A stretch of 63,012 nucleotides of DNA, filler included, from Reclinomonas americana ATCC 50394 (GCA_048213135.1; 4 parts of one record of this genome joined end to end with filler, not necessarily neighbours in it), one strand, 5' to 3'. Shown: positions 51,206-62,985, numbered from the whole stretch's first letter. Program-made: numbers and translations. Notes: generated from the sequence alone by a model not told the origin.

Positions 51206-51224
51206 GAATGCACTCTCGTGAGCA

Positions 51225-51324
51225 NNNNNNNNNNNNNNNNNNNNNNNNNNNNNNNNNNNNNNNNNNNNTTAATTAATTAANNNNNNNNNNNNNNNNNNNN
51301 NNNNNNNNNNNNNNNNNNNNNNNN
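51225..51324. other. Artificial scaffold-joining spacer
   Basis: N44-TTAATTAATTAA-N44. Confidence 0.97.
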
Positions 51325-51335
51325 GTCTATATATG

Positions 51336-51391
<56 letters not shown>

Positions 51392-51395
51392 TTAG

Positions 51396-51632
51396 ACTGT
51401 CGTTGCCACCGGAGAGGGCACTCTTCCTGTTTGTGAAGAACGTGTTGCCGCCAACGGCAGCCGTGCTCGGTGCTGTGTACGAGGAGCACAAGGGTGAGGA
51501 GCAGTCTGCCTCTTTGTGTGTCGCTCTTTGTATCTGTCTCTGACAACGAGTGCAGATCCCGACGGCTTCCTGTACGTGACGTACTCTGGCGAGGACACAT
51601 TCGGCGCAGCAGCAGAGGAGGAGGAGCAGTAA
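51396..51632 (+). CDS. ATG8: Autophagy protein ATG8/GABARAP family, last two exons
   Basis: LSLPPERALFLFVKNVLPPTAAVLGAVYEEHK|DPDGFLYVTYSGEDTFG-AAAEEEEQ*. Confidence 0.95.
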
Positions 51633-51900
51633 TTGTGGCCTGTGTGTGTGATTGTGTGTGTGTGTGTGGTATGCGCGTGTGTGTGTTGGAAGAAAGAGGA
51701 AAGAGGATTCGGCACAACAGCCAAGACCTCCGCGAAGTGAGCGTCTCTCTGTGCTGTTGACTGGGCCTGCCTCTCTTCCCTCTCTACTCTTTGCGCTGCG
51801 CGCTCTCTGCTTTTGTGTTGTATAAACGAAACAATCGTCTGATCGCCGTCGTCCCACAAACAACAAGTTCTTCTTGTGTGTCGGTGTTTGAAGAGAAGGA

Positions 51901-53447
51901 ATGGCCGTGTCGCCTGCGGACCTCGTCGATCTTGTCGGCTTTCTCCAGCGCAATCAGAAGCAGGAAGTGCGACGCGCAGCAGCCAAGGGTTCACACGTCA
52001 TCCCACGCGCACAAGCATACACACTCTTCTCCATCTCACACACACACACACACAGGCCTTGCGCAGTACTCTGGCACGCCCGATGGCGAGCAGGCGCTGC
52101 TCGAAGGCGGCGACTCTCTGATCGGCGCCCTCATTGAGGCACTGCGTGATGACGATCCAGTTGCGCAAATGCATGCATATGCACACATTTTCCGATCACT
52201 CTCATGGCACTCCTCACACGAGCACATACACACACACACGCAGTACGTGTCAGTGTGCGCGGCGAATGCGCTGGTCAACTTGTGCAGTCATGCCGAGGTG
52301 GCCAACCGGCTCAGCTCCAGCATGGGCCGCCTGGTGCTGTCGATTACGAACTCCACCACCAACGAGGGCGTGCGCAGTGTGTACGGCCCGCTGCTCTCCA
52401 ATGCCACCGCGGTGTCCGATGACTGCGCACAGCAGGCGGCCTCGCATGCGCGTCGCTTGTGCATCTGTGCTTGCGCCGGTCTCGGGCAGGCCTCGCAGTG
52501 GGTCTGCTTCTTCGATCGCAAGTCATTGCTGTCTACCTAATCCATGAGCTCATCATTCGTGTAGGCGTCGTCCACGCTGCACAACCTGTCGCGTCTGGCC
52601 AGCTTCCGAGCGCAGGTGGTGGAGCTGCGCCTGCTGGACGACATTCTCGAGTTCGCGGCGGCCACTGAATCAGCCAGCAGCGGGAGCACGAGCACGACGA
52701 CGACAACCACCACTGCTGCTGCTGCGTCGGCGGCCACGGCGGCGGCGGCCGTGGACCAAGCGCTGGCTGGCCTCGTCAGCAATGTGTTTGGCGACGCTGC
52801 GCTGCACGAGACCATTCCGGAGGCGTCGGTGCGTGCTGTTCCTGAGTGCGCACGGCAGGTGGCAGCACGGTGGCGAGCCAAGTCTCGCAGCGACGATCGC
52901 GCCACCCAGACTCTTCTGGCTCGCGCTGCTCGGCTATGGGTGATTAGTTTGACGGCGCTGGCCGGTACTGCACAGGGTCGGGAGCTGCTGCTGAGTTCGG
53001 GAGCGGTGCGTTGGGAGTCGAGCGCACACTTCATTTTTTCTCTGTGCCTCATCCTCACCACAGTTCACTCTGCTGCATGACGAGGATCGCTCGTTGCCAC
53101 TTGACAGCGACACGCAGGCGGCCGCCCGTGCGGCACTGGCTGCACTGAAGACGCACGAGGCTCGCAGCGGCGCTGTCCCGCAGTACGGCATGGAGGTGTC
53201 GGCCGACCAGTTGCGCGACGGCGGCATGGTGGTGCAGGACGAAGACGATTTTGAGGAGAGTGCTGGCGCCGGCGCCAGCGGCAGCGGGAGTGCAAGCATT
53301 GGCGAGGCCTCGGGCTCGGGCTCTGCATCAGGGTCAGCGCCAGTGTCAGCAGCAGTTGCTGAGTATGACGAGGAGGCCGAGGCGGATGCCATGGCCGCAC
53401 TCGCGGCGGCATCGGTGTGGGACGAAGGTGACCCGCCAGTCGACTAA
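51901..53447 (+). CDS. ARM-repeat protein, HGH1/FAM203-like
   Basis: DLVDLVGFL..QEVRRAA..LAQYSGT..LRDD..AANALVNL..LLSNAT..LHNLSR resembles the HGH1 N-terminal ARM region; acidic C-terminal tail. Confidence 0.55.
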
Positions 53448-53544
53448 CCTTGGCGTATTAATGTCTATCTGTTTATCCCTCTCTCTCTGTCATGCGAATA
53501 CACGCCACTGCTAGAACACTTCATTTTCTGGTCGGTAGTTTCTT

Positions 53545-56500
53545 TCATGGGATGATTTGGAGATCCCGCAGCAGCACGGCAGCCAGTTCGGCGCCTGTCG
53601 GTGGCTCGTCCGCGAGGGAGCTGAGGAAAGACTCGCGCTTCTGCTCCAGCAGCTCGAGCTCGCCCTCTGCGCTCGTCTTTTGTGTCCAGGCCAGCTCCAG
53701 TTGTTCCACTGCGAGAGGTGGGTGAGTGTGCGGAGGAGAAAGACTGTGATCAGACAGGGATTCACCGTCGTTGTTGAACTTGTCGATGTCAAATGATGAG
53801 CCGGAGCTCATCGCCTGCTGCACCTGCGTGATGAAGAGTTGCCTGCGACACGCATTAAGAACAAAAACACACACACTCTCTCTCTCTCTCTCATCGTGCA
53901 CCGGGAATACGCACCACCGCGCTCGGTAGAATTCCTACGGCAGCAAGTAAATGAGCGCATTGTTGTGACAGAAGAGAGAGTGCGATGTATATGTACCGAC
54001 ACCATGCGGTCCCACAGTTTGTAGGCGTAGTCGTGCAGTGTAGAGTCCGCAGCACCCCACAGTGTCAGCTGCGTGCGCGCGTTCAGCTCGTACTGCTGCT
54101 GCTCGGCCGCGTTGATGGCCCACGAGCGAGCGTTGGAGAGCCTTACACATGCAAAGTTAGTCTAGAGAGAGCGAGGGAGAGGCACACGGTAATGGCTGAT
54201 TTCGAGCGTACCACGTGTTGAGCGAGAAGAATGGATTGCCGGCAAACAACGCGGCCATGCTGTCCACAGTGGACAGGAAGCTGCTGGCGGCCGTGTTGAA
54301 GTCGCTGGCCGATGCCTTGAAGTATGCATTCATCATGTCGAGTTGCAGCTGCTGTGCTTTGTTGCTGCACAAGAAAGATGTGTGTCAGCACGCAAAACCA
54401 CGTCCACACACAATCGTCAATAGAGCGATACACACCTGAGCACTTGTGTCGCCACGGCAACCTGCGAGCGTGCGTGTCAGCTGCACAAGAGGAGAGCAGG
54501 GGACGCATAGCACGAAAGCAGTACTCAACCACGTCGTACTCGTACGTGGGCAAGCCGCCCAGCTTCTTGATGTTGTCGGGACTGAGCAGGAGGTTGATGG
54601 CCGCCACCACATCGGCGGGGTCGTAGTACAGGTTGGTGTTGGGGTTCATCAGCAGATTCGGACGTGAGGCCACTGCGTGTGCGTGCAAAGTGGGTGCGTG
54701 CACTACCCAGAAAACCTCATGCACGTGCACATGCATGTACGTACTCACCGACAGACCACGTGGTACCGTGCTGCTGCGTGCGACAGTTGTACACTGAGCG
54801 AGCCAGCAGTGCCCAGGCTTGCTGCAGCTGACTGTCGGCAACGCCGTAGCGGCGAAGCGGATAGGCCGCAATCCAGGCATCCAGGTCGAATGCGGTGCGT
54901 CGCCACGTCATGTCGGTCAGAAGCGAGTAGACGATGGGGTTCGTATCAATGGCCTGCGCCACCACACTGAAATGAGTACTCAAAAAACCGGAAGATGTTG
55001 CATGAGGTGGCGGCGCTAACCTCCATGGTGATGCCGAGACCGGCCACACCCTGCGGAGCTGCCTTAAGTGCCGCCGGTGGACCCTCATTCACGCTGGACA
55101 GAAGACCATACAGGCCTGACCGACCGCCAAAGCTGCACGAGAATGACGGGAGCATGAACTGAGAAAGAAAAAAAGAGCAGATAAAGGGCCTGACAGTATT
55201 CACGCAACTTGTGCAGCATGCACCAGATGAACGGCTTGCCGTAGAAGGCACTGGTGACATTGTAGACGGGGTGCAGCTCGGCAAACAGGTCCAGCATCAG
55301 CAACGAGTCGCCAGGCACGCTGGTCAGCAGCGCTTGCGTCTGCGCTGGCTGCCAGAATCCGCTGCTGTAGTACAGGAACCAGCCTTGCATGACCCACACC
55401 GCCTGCGGATCCACGGCTGTCATGCTGCGATAGATCTCTTGGCCCACGTTGCGCAAGTAGTCGGGTGCATTGCTTGACGGCGTCTCCTCATTGAATGGGT
55501 CGGTGGAGTCTGCGAGGAGGGCGTGCGAGCATGAGGCACCTGGCATGTGAGCACTACGTTGCATGTCTCCACGTCTCCGCAACAGTAGTGAGTGGTGCCA
55601 TAGATCTCGGTCTGCTTCTGCAGGAACGCGCTGCCGATGGTGCGGAAGAGCGGATCGGTTGGATCCAAAAAGTACGTGCCGTCGAAGCCGTTCCACTTGT
55701 TGAGCTGTGTGATCATGGCCTTCGGGTACACCTTGGTGAGACTCGGCGGCACGTGGCCAGCAAAGGCACCGAGGATCGGTGTCATGCCGAACGACTGCAT
55801 GCGCTTGATGATGGTGAGCTGAAGATCGCGTCGCGCGGTCAGCCAGTTCGACGTCAGCGGAGACATCCATGCGTTGACGTTGCCCATGCGGTGCCACGGG
55901 AGGAAGGCCGGCCCGGTGTAAAAGTCGTTGACAATGTCGGTCTCGTTCAGCCCCAGTGATTTCCACACCTGTTGTCGACATGCACGGTGCTTTAGCTCCA
56001 CTACACATCCCACGCAGCCGGTGCGCATCACACCAACCTCCAGCCACACATACTCCTGCCCGACGAGCGCGAGCGGGAAGTTGAATCCATGCAGCGCCAT
56101 CCAGTCGATCTCCCGCTCCCAGCGCGACCACGGCCAGAACACCGACGAGTAGCCAAACGTGCATGTGTTCCACGCGTACCGCCACTGTGTCACACGATGT
56201 TTCGGAACGTGAGGCACGCGCGCGCGCGCGCGAGAACAACTCCACGATCATGAGTACCTTGTACGGCGTCGACACCTCGATCATCGGCTGCACCGTCGGC
56301 AGCGTGCTCGGCAGTCGCAGGTTGTCACCACCCCATGCCACTGACACACAATGAGCGACGGGAAAGAGTGAGACGAGTGAGGGACGAGCGGCAGTGGCAA
56401 ACCATCGCAATTGCCTGTTCACAGAGCGAATGAGCCACGCAACATCATGACAACGCACCAATGATGACCAGACGCAACAGTAGTGATTCAAGTAGTAGTT

Positions 56501-56842
56501 GAGCGCCGAGGCCAGCGCCACACCCGATGTTCCACTGCCACCACATGAGCACATCACTCAATCACATGCTCACAGCACACATGACACTCACCGCAGCATG
56601 ACTTGCACACTCTGACCGGCACCACTCGTCTCCACCTGGAACCGATCATACGAGCCGGCCTCCAGCGTCGACGATGGCAACAGCGACAGTGAGAAGTGTG
56701 ACTGCACAGCAGCAGGCAAGAGGCGCGACAAGAGGCCCTGCACAGCCACCACTTGCGGGTCCACAGACACCTCCGCACTGGTGGCCGTGACTGCAACCAC
56801 AAGAAGGAGGAGGAGCAGAGCAGCGAGGAGTGCTCTCGCCAT
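53545..56842 (-). CDS. NAGLU: Alpha-N-acetylglucosaminidase (GH89)
   Basis: Signal peptide; WRYAWNTCTFGYS..WEREIDWMALHGFNFPLA, GPAFLPWHRMGN, PILGAFAGHVP, DPFNE, WVMQGWFL, MLDLFAE, PFIWCMLHNFGG, GLGITME. Confidence 0.97.
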
Positions 56843-56996
56843 TGTGTTATGTCGGAAAATTGTGATTCTGTTGACTGGCGGTGTGTTTTCGCGCGCGTGT
56901 GTGAGTGTGTGAGAAGAGAGCATGCGGCACTCGTTGCTCCGTGAGGGCGACAGTGCAGCAGCACAGTCACCGTATGCCTACGCCGCAACTCCGTCC

Positions 56997-57145
56997 ATGG
57001 CACCGACTCCTGCTCGCGATCCTCCTCCTCCTCCGCCTGCGAACAGCAACATGTTTGACAGCAGTGGAGTCAGTCTGGATCGCATGACTGGTACAGTGGG
57101 CTCGGTGGCCACGGCCTTGCCACGCGGCAAGTCACCAGTCAAGTT
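56997..57145 (+). CDS. Probable first exon of a hypothetical gene, divergent from NAGLU
   Basis: MAPTPARDPPPPPPANSNMFDSSG..RGKSPV followed by intron-like sequence running into a gap; may continue on the inverted contigs downstream. Confidence 0.35.
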
Positions 57146-57749
57146 ACGCACACACACACGCGCGCGAACATGATGTGATGATGCATCTTCTCGCATCCCT
57201 CATTTCATTCATTNNNNNNNNNNNNNNNNNNNNNNNNNNNNNNNNNNNNNNNNNNNNNNNNNNNNNNNNNNNNNNNNNNNNNNNNNNNNNNNNNNNNNNN
57301 NNNNNNNNNNNNNNNNNNNNNNNNNNNNNNNNNNNNNNNNNNNNNNNNNNNNNNNNNNNNNNNNNNNNNNNNNNNNNNNNNNNNNNNNNNNNNNNNNNNN
57401 NNNNNNNNNNNNNNNNNNNNNNNNNNNNNNNNNNNNNNNNNNNNNNNNNNNNNNNNNNNNNNNNNNNNNNNNNNNNNNNNNNNNNNNNNNNNNNNNNNNN
57501 NNNNNNNNNNNNNNNNNNNNNNNNNNNNNNNNNNNNNNNNNNNNNNNNNNNNNNNNNNNNNNNNNNNNNNNNNNNNNNNNNNNNNNNNNNNNNNNNNNNN
57601 NNTCCACATCATTCGGCTGATGCTTGCTCAGCTGCGACGCGAGGGAGTGAGCGAGATAACACACGCGTCATCGTTGACGACAGCACACACGGACCGAACA
57701 AGCTTGACACCGATCCAGGCACACAAAGAACGCAAAGCACGGGCACAGG

Positions 57750-58170
57750 CACAACGCCCACTCAAAGATCGTGACTCCGCAGCCGACCTGCGACGCAGGC
57801 TCGCCCAACTCCACCTGCAACAGTCCATCGTAGTGGCCAACAATCTGCACTCGCTTCATCAGACTCGAACACACATTTCTCCAACAGTGGCTAGCGCGCA
57901 CACACCTTGTACGGCAACCGCCTCCGCGCCACAGCACAGTGCGACATGAACCCGCCACACGACGCCGCACAGCACACTCCCGCTCGACTGTGCGACTCGG
58001 AGATCGGGATCTGTGGCAGGTACTCCACCGTGCTCGACAGCACCGTGCGCGACGACACCGTCGACAGGTTCTGGATCGATGTGTCATCGAGAATGGCAGA
58101 TATCCGCCGATCAAGACCACCATTACCACCACCACCTCCCACAGGATGATCACCATCATAACGACGAAAC
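57750..58170 (-). CDS. Internal exons of a hypothetical protein
   Basis: GLDRRISAILDDTSIQNLSTVSSRTVLSSTVEYLPQIPISES and IVGHYDGLLQVELGEPASQVGCGVTIF, with coding-type codon usage. Confidence 0.4.
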
Positions 58171-58196
58171 CTGNNNNNNNNNNNNNNNNNNNNGTG

Positions 58197-58230
<34 letters not shown>

Positions 58231-58244
58231 GCATGTGCGCGTAC

Positions 58245-58427
58245 CTCAGGTTGATAACAGGGCCCATGGCCGTAAACATGCTGAGCAGCTCATCGCGACT
58301 CAGCTCGTAAGGGATGTTACCGACTGCAGTCATGAGTCGTGTTCAGCATGCACGCACATCCACGGACACGCGCGCACACACATAGAGGATCGCAACTGTA
58401 CACCGAGCGTGGCCCTGTTCTCGACAT
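58245..58427 (-). CDS. CSTF2: CSTF2/RNA15 exons 1-2 (start of RRM)
   Basis: MSRTGPRSVY|IGNIPYELSRDELLSMFTAMGPVINLR (RNP2); the following intron runs into the gap at 58174-58193. Confidence 0.85.
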
Positions 58428-58527
58428 GCTCTCTCCTTCTCTCGTCGTGATCCGTCGTCGTGGGGCCTCGTGGGACGGACACTTTGGTACTTAACATGCA
58501 TTGTTTTTCATTACAGAGACGAGGACG

Positions 58528-59220
58528 TCACCACCGCATGGGCTGCTGCTGCACGCCGGGCGAGCCGAGAAGCTTCTCGGAGTGTCGCCGTGCTGGCGGT
58601 TGTGGAGGATGTGCATCGGCACGCATGATGGCTTCGGTGTCGACTGCACCCGGTTCGTCGGGACCACCCGGCGTGTACGACGCGCCTTGCAGCACGGTGC
58701 GGAACACGTTGCGTAGGCGAAGCACCTCGGTGCGGGAGGCGAACTGTGCAATACCACCATGTCAGTGAGGCGAGGAGAGGGGGAATGGGTGGTGAGAAGT
58801 CGTGGGGACAGACCAGCTTGGTCAGCGCAAAGAGTCGGTTCTGCCGATTGCGCACCACCAGCCGATATCGAGTGCCACCCGAGATGCTCTCATCCGAGTA
58901 GGGGCCGAACAGCGCTGCAAAACAGAGGGTCATGTGGGACCACCACCACCGCGAGAGCAGTTGTCGTGCGCACCTGCTTCATCGCCAACACCCTCCACGA
59001 AAAACACCGCCGCACCCTCCACAGTGTGCAACTGGGAGCACGAGCAGCAGCCGCAACAGCCATATGCACACGGGTACCTGCAGTTTGGGCGGAGTGTCAG
59101 AGGCACGAGAGAGAGAGAGAGCGCACACGCTGCGAGTTCCAGCTGCGCAACGTTCTCACGTGCAGATCGCGCTTCTTGGCATCCAGCGTCACAAACGAAT
59201 AGCCACCGGCCGTTGACGTA
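58528..59220 (-). CDS. 3' exons of a hypothetical protein with a Cys-rich motif
   Basis: YPCAYGCCGCCSCSQ..FFVEGVGDEA|ALFGPYSDESISGGTRYRLVVRNRQNRLFALTKL|FASRTEVLRLRNVFRTVLQG..QQPMRW*; these splice phases are compatible. Confidence 0.5.
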
Positions 59221-59644
59221 NNNNNNNNNNNNNNNNNNNNNNNNNNNNNNNNNNNNNNNNNNNNNNNNNNNNNNNNNNNNNNNNNNNNNNNNNNNNNNNN
59301 NNNNNNNNNNNNNNNNNNNNNNNNNNNNNNNNNNNNNNNNNNNNNNNNNNNNNNNNNNNNNNNNNNNNNNNNNNNNNNNNNNNNNNNNNNNNNNNNNNNN
59401 NNNNNNNNNNNNNNNNNNNNNNNNNNNNNNNNNNNNNNNNNNNNNNNNNNNNNNNNNNNNNNNNNNNNNNNNNNNNNNNNNNNNNNNNNNNNNNNNNNNN
59501 NNNNNNNNNNNNNNCTTGCGTGAGTAACACATATCATTTCTCTTCCTCATGCGTGTGTGTGTGTGCGTGGAGAAGAGGAGAAGCGAGAGAGGCGCGTCTG
59601 TGTGTGCATGTGTGTGTGAGAGAGAGGAGAGGAGAGGGGCGCAC

Positions 59645-59919
59645 CCTTCGGGGAGCTTGTAGTGTTCGCCGATGTACTTGGCAATGGCCTGTCGCGAGGA
59701 GCCCGTGCGACTCTTGAGGGCGCGAATGGCAGCGCTGATCATGATGTCGTACTTGGGGTGAGAGTCGGCGGAGGAGGCGGCCGATGAGCTCTTGGCCTTC
59801 TTGGGCGCCGCGGCCTTCTTGGCCTTCTTGGGCGCTGGCGAGGCAGCAGCAGCAGCGGGGGCGGCGTCAGCAGCAGCTGCGTCGGCCATTGGTGCGTCAG
59901 TGTCCTTCTTCGGCGGCAT
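59645..59919 (-). CDS. H1: Linker histone H1, exon 1 (N-tail and first half of globular domain)
   Basis: [43 protein letters not shown](G). Confidence 0.92.
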
Positions 59920-60052
59920 TGGGTGGTGTTTGTTTGTTAGTTGTGTTGAGGGAGAGAGAGAGAGAGTGTTGTCTCGAGAGTGACGAAAGGGTTTGCGGTG
60001 AATTGGGCGGCAACGCGCGGCTGACACAGGACTTGGTTTTTTATTTGTCGAC

Positions 60053-61668
60053 TTAGAGGCCTCCCGGCTTGGTGGCGGCCATTAGTGACTGAATAATGAG
60101 CGGCTGCAGCAGGAGGGGAAAGCGAGAAAAATGAGAGCTTGTGAAGTTGCATTTGTGGCATGAAACTCACCGCCTGCGCTTGCAGCTGGAGGACTTGTGA
60201 GCGCATCGGCTCGGGTACCAGCGCCAGTTGCTCGCTGCTTAGCTGGAATAGGTTCTGCAGCTGCTCCACCGTCAGTCCGTGGCTCAACAGCTGTGCAGAA
60301 GGAGACGTCATCAGTCTGGAAAAGGCAGGCATGGCGCACCACCGGCAGCTGTACCTGTGCCAACAACTCTGTCGAGTCCTGGGTGGCCACTGGTGCCGCC
60401 GCCATCGCGGCGGCAGCTGGCGGACCGTGCGGCGGCATCTGTTGAAAACACGAGTGTGAGGAGCAGCGAGATCGTCGACTCGACAAGGGCGACGCACCGC
60501 ATGCATCGGAACTGCACCACCATACGCCGGTGGAGGTGGAGGTGGAGGAGCATAGGCGGCCGCCTGCTGCACCAATGTTCTGGCGTTAATGGGAGAAGGG
60601 CTGCACACTAAACAAGACGATAGCGACGCACATGCATGTGGGGTGGTAATGGTGCCGCCACTGGCGGTGGTGGTGGGACGGCCTGTGGCGGTGGCGCCCC
60701 TGCGCATATCACAGAAGAGTGAGCCACATGCTTCATTCAGCATGGAGCATGCACCAACGATACCATGTGCGGGATTGTAGCCGACTGGCGGTGCCGGTGG
60801 CATGACACCTATGCATGTGCATGTGCAGTGAGTGACGACGAGAGATTGTTACCCTTCACCCTGCCATGCACACTCACCAACAGGGCCCATGTGTGGCGGT
60901 GCACCAAGACGATGCACCGGTGGCTGCGCTGCAGCGGCGGCGGCGGCGGCAGCAGCAGCAGCAGCGCCCGAATTCATGGATGGTGGCCCGACACCAGCCA
61001 GCGGTTTCGCCACGGGTCCCGAGGTCAGCGCGCCGAGCTGGTCCGGGCTGACCATGTTCATCATCACCAGAATCTGCACAAGTGCGATCGACAGCTGCGG
61101 ATTCTCTATCAGCAGACGCTCCGTCTCCTCCGGATGATCGAGAGCCATGCCCTGCAATCGCCACGACTGGTGAGCCATCGTTGAGGAACAAGCAGTCGCC
61201 TGTGGTGTTTCAGAAAAAAACCTTCATCTGGCCCAGAATGAGGCCAAACTCGCCCTGCGGCACTGACCGCAGCACAGCGGTGATGCTGTCGAGAGTAGCC
61301 ACCTGCCCTCCCGGCGGTGGTGGCGGCGCCTGCGGTGGCATGTGCGGTGCGGCGGCCGGCGGGGGCGGTGGTGGCGGTGGTGCCGCTGCAGAACCACCAT
61401 AGTCGCCACCATAAGGCATGTCTGTCGAGATGCAGCTGCAGTGAGCCACTCACTCGCGTCTCTCCCTCTCACACGCACGAAACGCACGACATTACCTCCT
61501 CCGCCACTCCCTCGACTGCGATCGTTTTGTGGGAAATCGACCGTCAGACGACGCCGATACACTTCGACTCCATTCAGCTCTCGCACAGCCATGGCCGCAC
61601 TCTCCGCGTCGGCAAACTCGCAAAACGCAAAGCCACGTGGCTTGCCCGTCTGCTGATCCAACACCGGT
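60053..61668 (-). CDS. CSTF2: CSTF2/RNA15 remaining exons (RRM RNP1, hinge, C-terminal domain)
   Basis: [33 protein letters not shown]; hinge [41 protein letters not shown]-terminal [23 protein letters not shown]. Confidence 0.92.
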
Positions 61669-61744
61669 CTGCTCACATCGATGAATGTGAGTGANNNNNN
61701 NNNNNNNNNNNNNNTGTGCATATTTTTGCGTGTGTGCGTGTCAG

Positions 61745-62416
61745 ATGGGAGAAGCGCCTCACGCAGCAACTGCGTCGCCTGGTCGACAACGGCTCTCTGC
61801 TGCAAGTGAAGGCCTCATACCGCCTGAGCACTGAGCAGCGCTCCAAGCTGGAGAAGACCGAGAAGAAGGCCAAGGCCGCGGCCAAGGTGAGGAGAATGTG
61901 ATTTCGCGGCAATTTTTTGTGGTTTGTTGCTGACTTGTGTAAAATGTGCATCAAAAGGCCGCTGCGGCGGGCGACGCTGCGCCGAAGAAGAAGAAGGCGC
62001 CGGCGAAGCCGAAGGCGGAGGGCGAGGCTGCGCCGAAGAAGAAGAAGGCAGCGGCGAAGCCGAAGGCCAAGGCGGAGGGCGAGAAGAAGAAGGCGCCGGC
62101 CAAGCCCAAGGCCGCCGAGGGTGCCAAGAAGAAGGCCCCGGCCAAGCCCAAGGCCGCCGAGGGCGCCAAGAAGAAGGCCCCGGCCAAGCCCAAGGCCGCT
62201 GAGGGTGCCAAGAAGAAGGCTCCGGCCAAGCCCAAGGCGGCGGCGGCGGCGGCCAAGCCCGAGGCGGCGCCGAAGAAGAGCACTGGCAAGGCCAAGGAGC
62301 CGGTCAAGGCCAAGAAGCCAGCGGCGGCGGCTGGAACCACCAAGCGTGCCACCAAGGCGGCTGACAAGGCCAAGGAGGGACGCAAGAAGGCCGTCGACAG
62401 CAAGCGCTCCAAGTAA
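61745..62416 (+). CDS. H1: Linker histone H1, exons 2-3 (second half of globular domain and K/A/P tail)
   Basis: WEKRLTQQLRRLVDNGSLLQVKASYRLS, then a Lys/Ala/Pro-rich tail to TAA at 62414-62416. Confidence 0.92.
62084..62238 (+). repeat. 42-bp coding tandem repeat (about 3.7 copies; KKKAPAKPKAAEGA) in the H1 tail
   Basis: Near-identical units start at 62084, 62126, 62168 and 62210. Confidence 0.9.
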
Positions 62417-62631
62417 TGTGTGTATGGCGTGCCGACGAGCGCGCTGCTTGCTTGGGAAGCCGAAGAATCTGTGTTTGTGTGTTTTCTCTCCATTCGTTGT
62501 GGCCTCTGTGGATCTTTTTGTGTTTTCACCACACTGCAACAGGCCTGCACCACCCCCTCCTGCTTCGTAACCTCTACCATCTCCACTTCGAGAAGGAAAA
62601 ACAATGAAGTGAGACGGAATCCGAAAAATAA

Positions 62632-62985
62632 TTATCTATATCGCAAGTAATGTGGCGAGTGTGTGTGCTGCGGCTGCGCATGCATCGAGCTGTGTGCGAC
62701 GTGCAGCGAGTGCATCAGGTGCGAGTTGTGCTCTCGCAACCTCTCCACCATGGCCTCCCTCTCGACCGGGTCTGGATCCTCGGCGAGTGCCATGGCCAAC
62801 AGTTGGTTCGCACTCAACTCCATCTCATCGACAAACTGCTGCATCGGCGGCTCGCTACCCGACTGCTCCAGCCCGGCCAGCGGCAGTGGTCTGAGTGGCG
62901 GTCGATCGAGTGTCTCCGGTCCGGGAACCCACGCGGTGTTGCGACCGCGGGCAGGAGGTGGGGCGGGACTGTCGGATGCTGCCAT
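62632..62985 (-). CDS. Hypothetical 117-aa ORF
   Basis: ATG-initiated ORF with a plausible helical segment (MQQFVDEMELSANQLLAMALAEDPDPVEREAMVERLRE); no recognised family. Confidence 0.4.
   Translation of the reverse strand: MAASDSPAPPPARGRNTAWVPGPETLDRPPLRPLPLAGLEQSGSEPPMQQFVDEMELSANQLLAMALAEDPDPVEREAMVERLREHNSHLMHSLHVAHSSMHAQPQHTHSPHYLRYR

Noticed and set aside
51336..51390. Long (GT)n tract, plus (GA)n and (GCAC)n tracts at 1, 12840, 39277, 40410 and 58200
   Set aside because: Ordinary intronic or intergenic microsatellites that mostly explain the assembly breaks; no sign of mobile-element structure.
61951..62604. Long antisense ORFs over the H1 tail, and similar shadow ORFs throughout the window
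   Set aside because: These are expected by-products of GC-rich, repetitive codon usage on the coding strand. ORFs running through N gaps are likewise artefacts.
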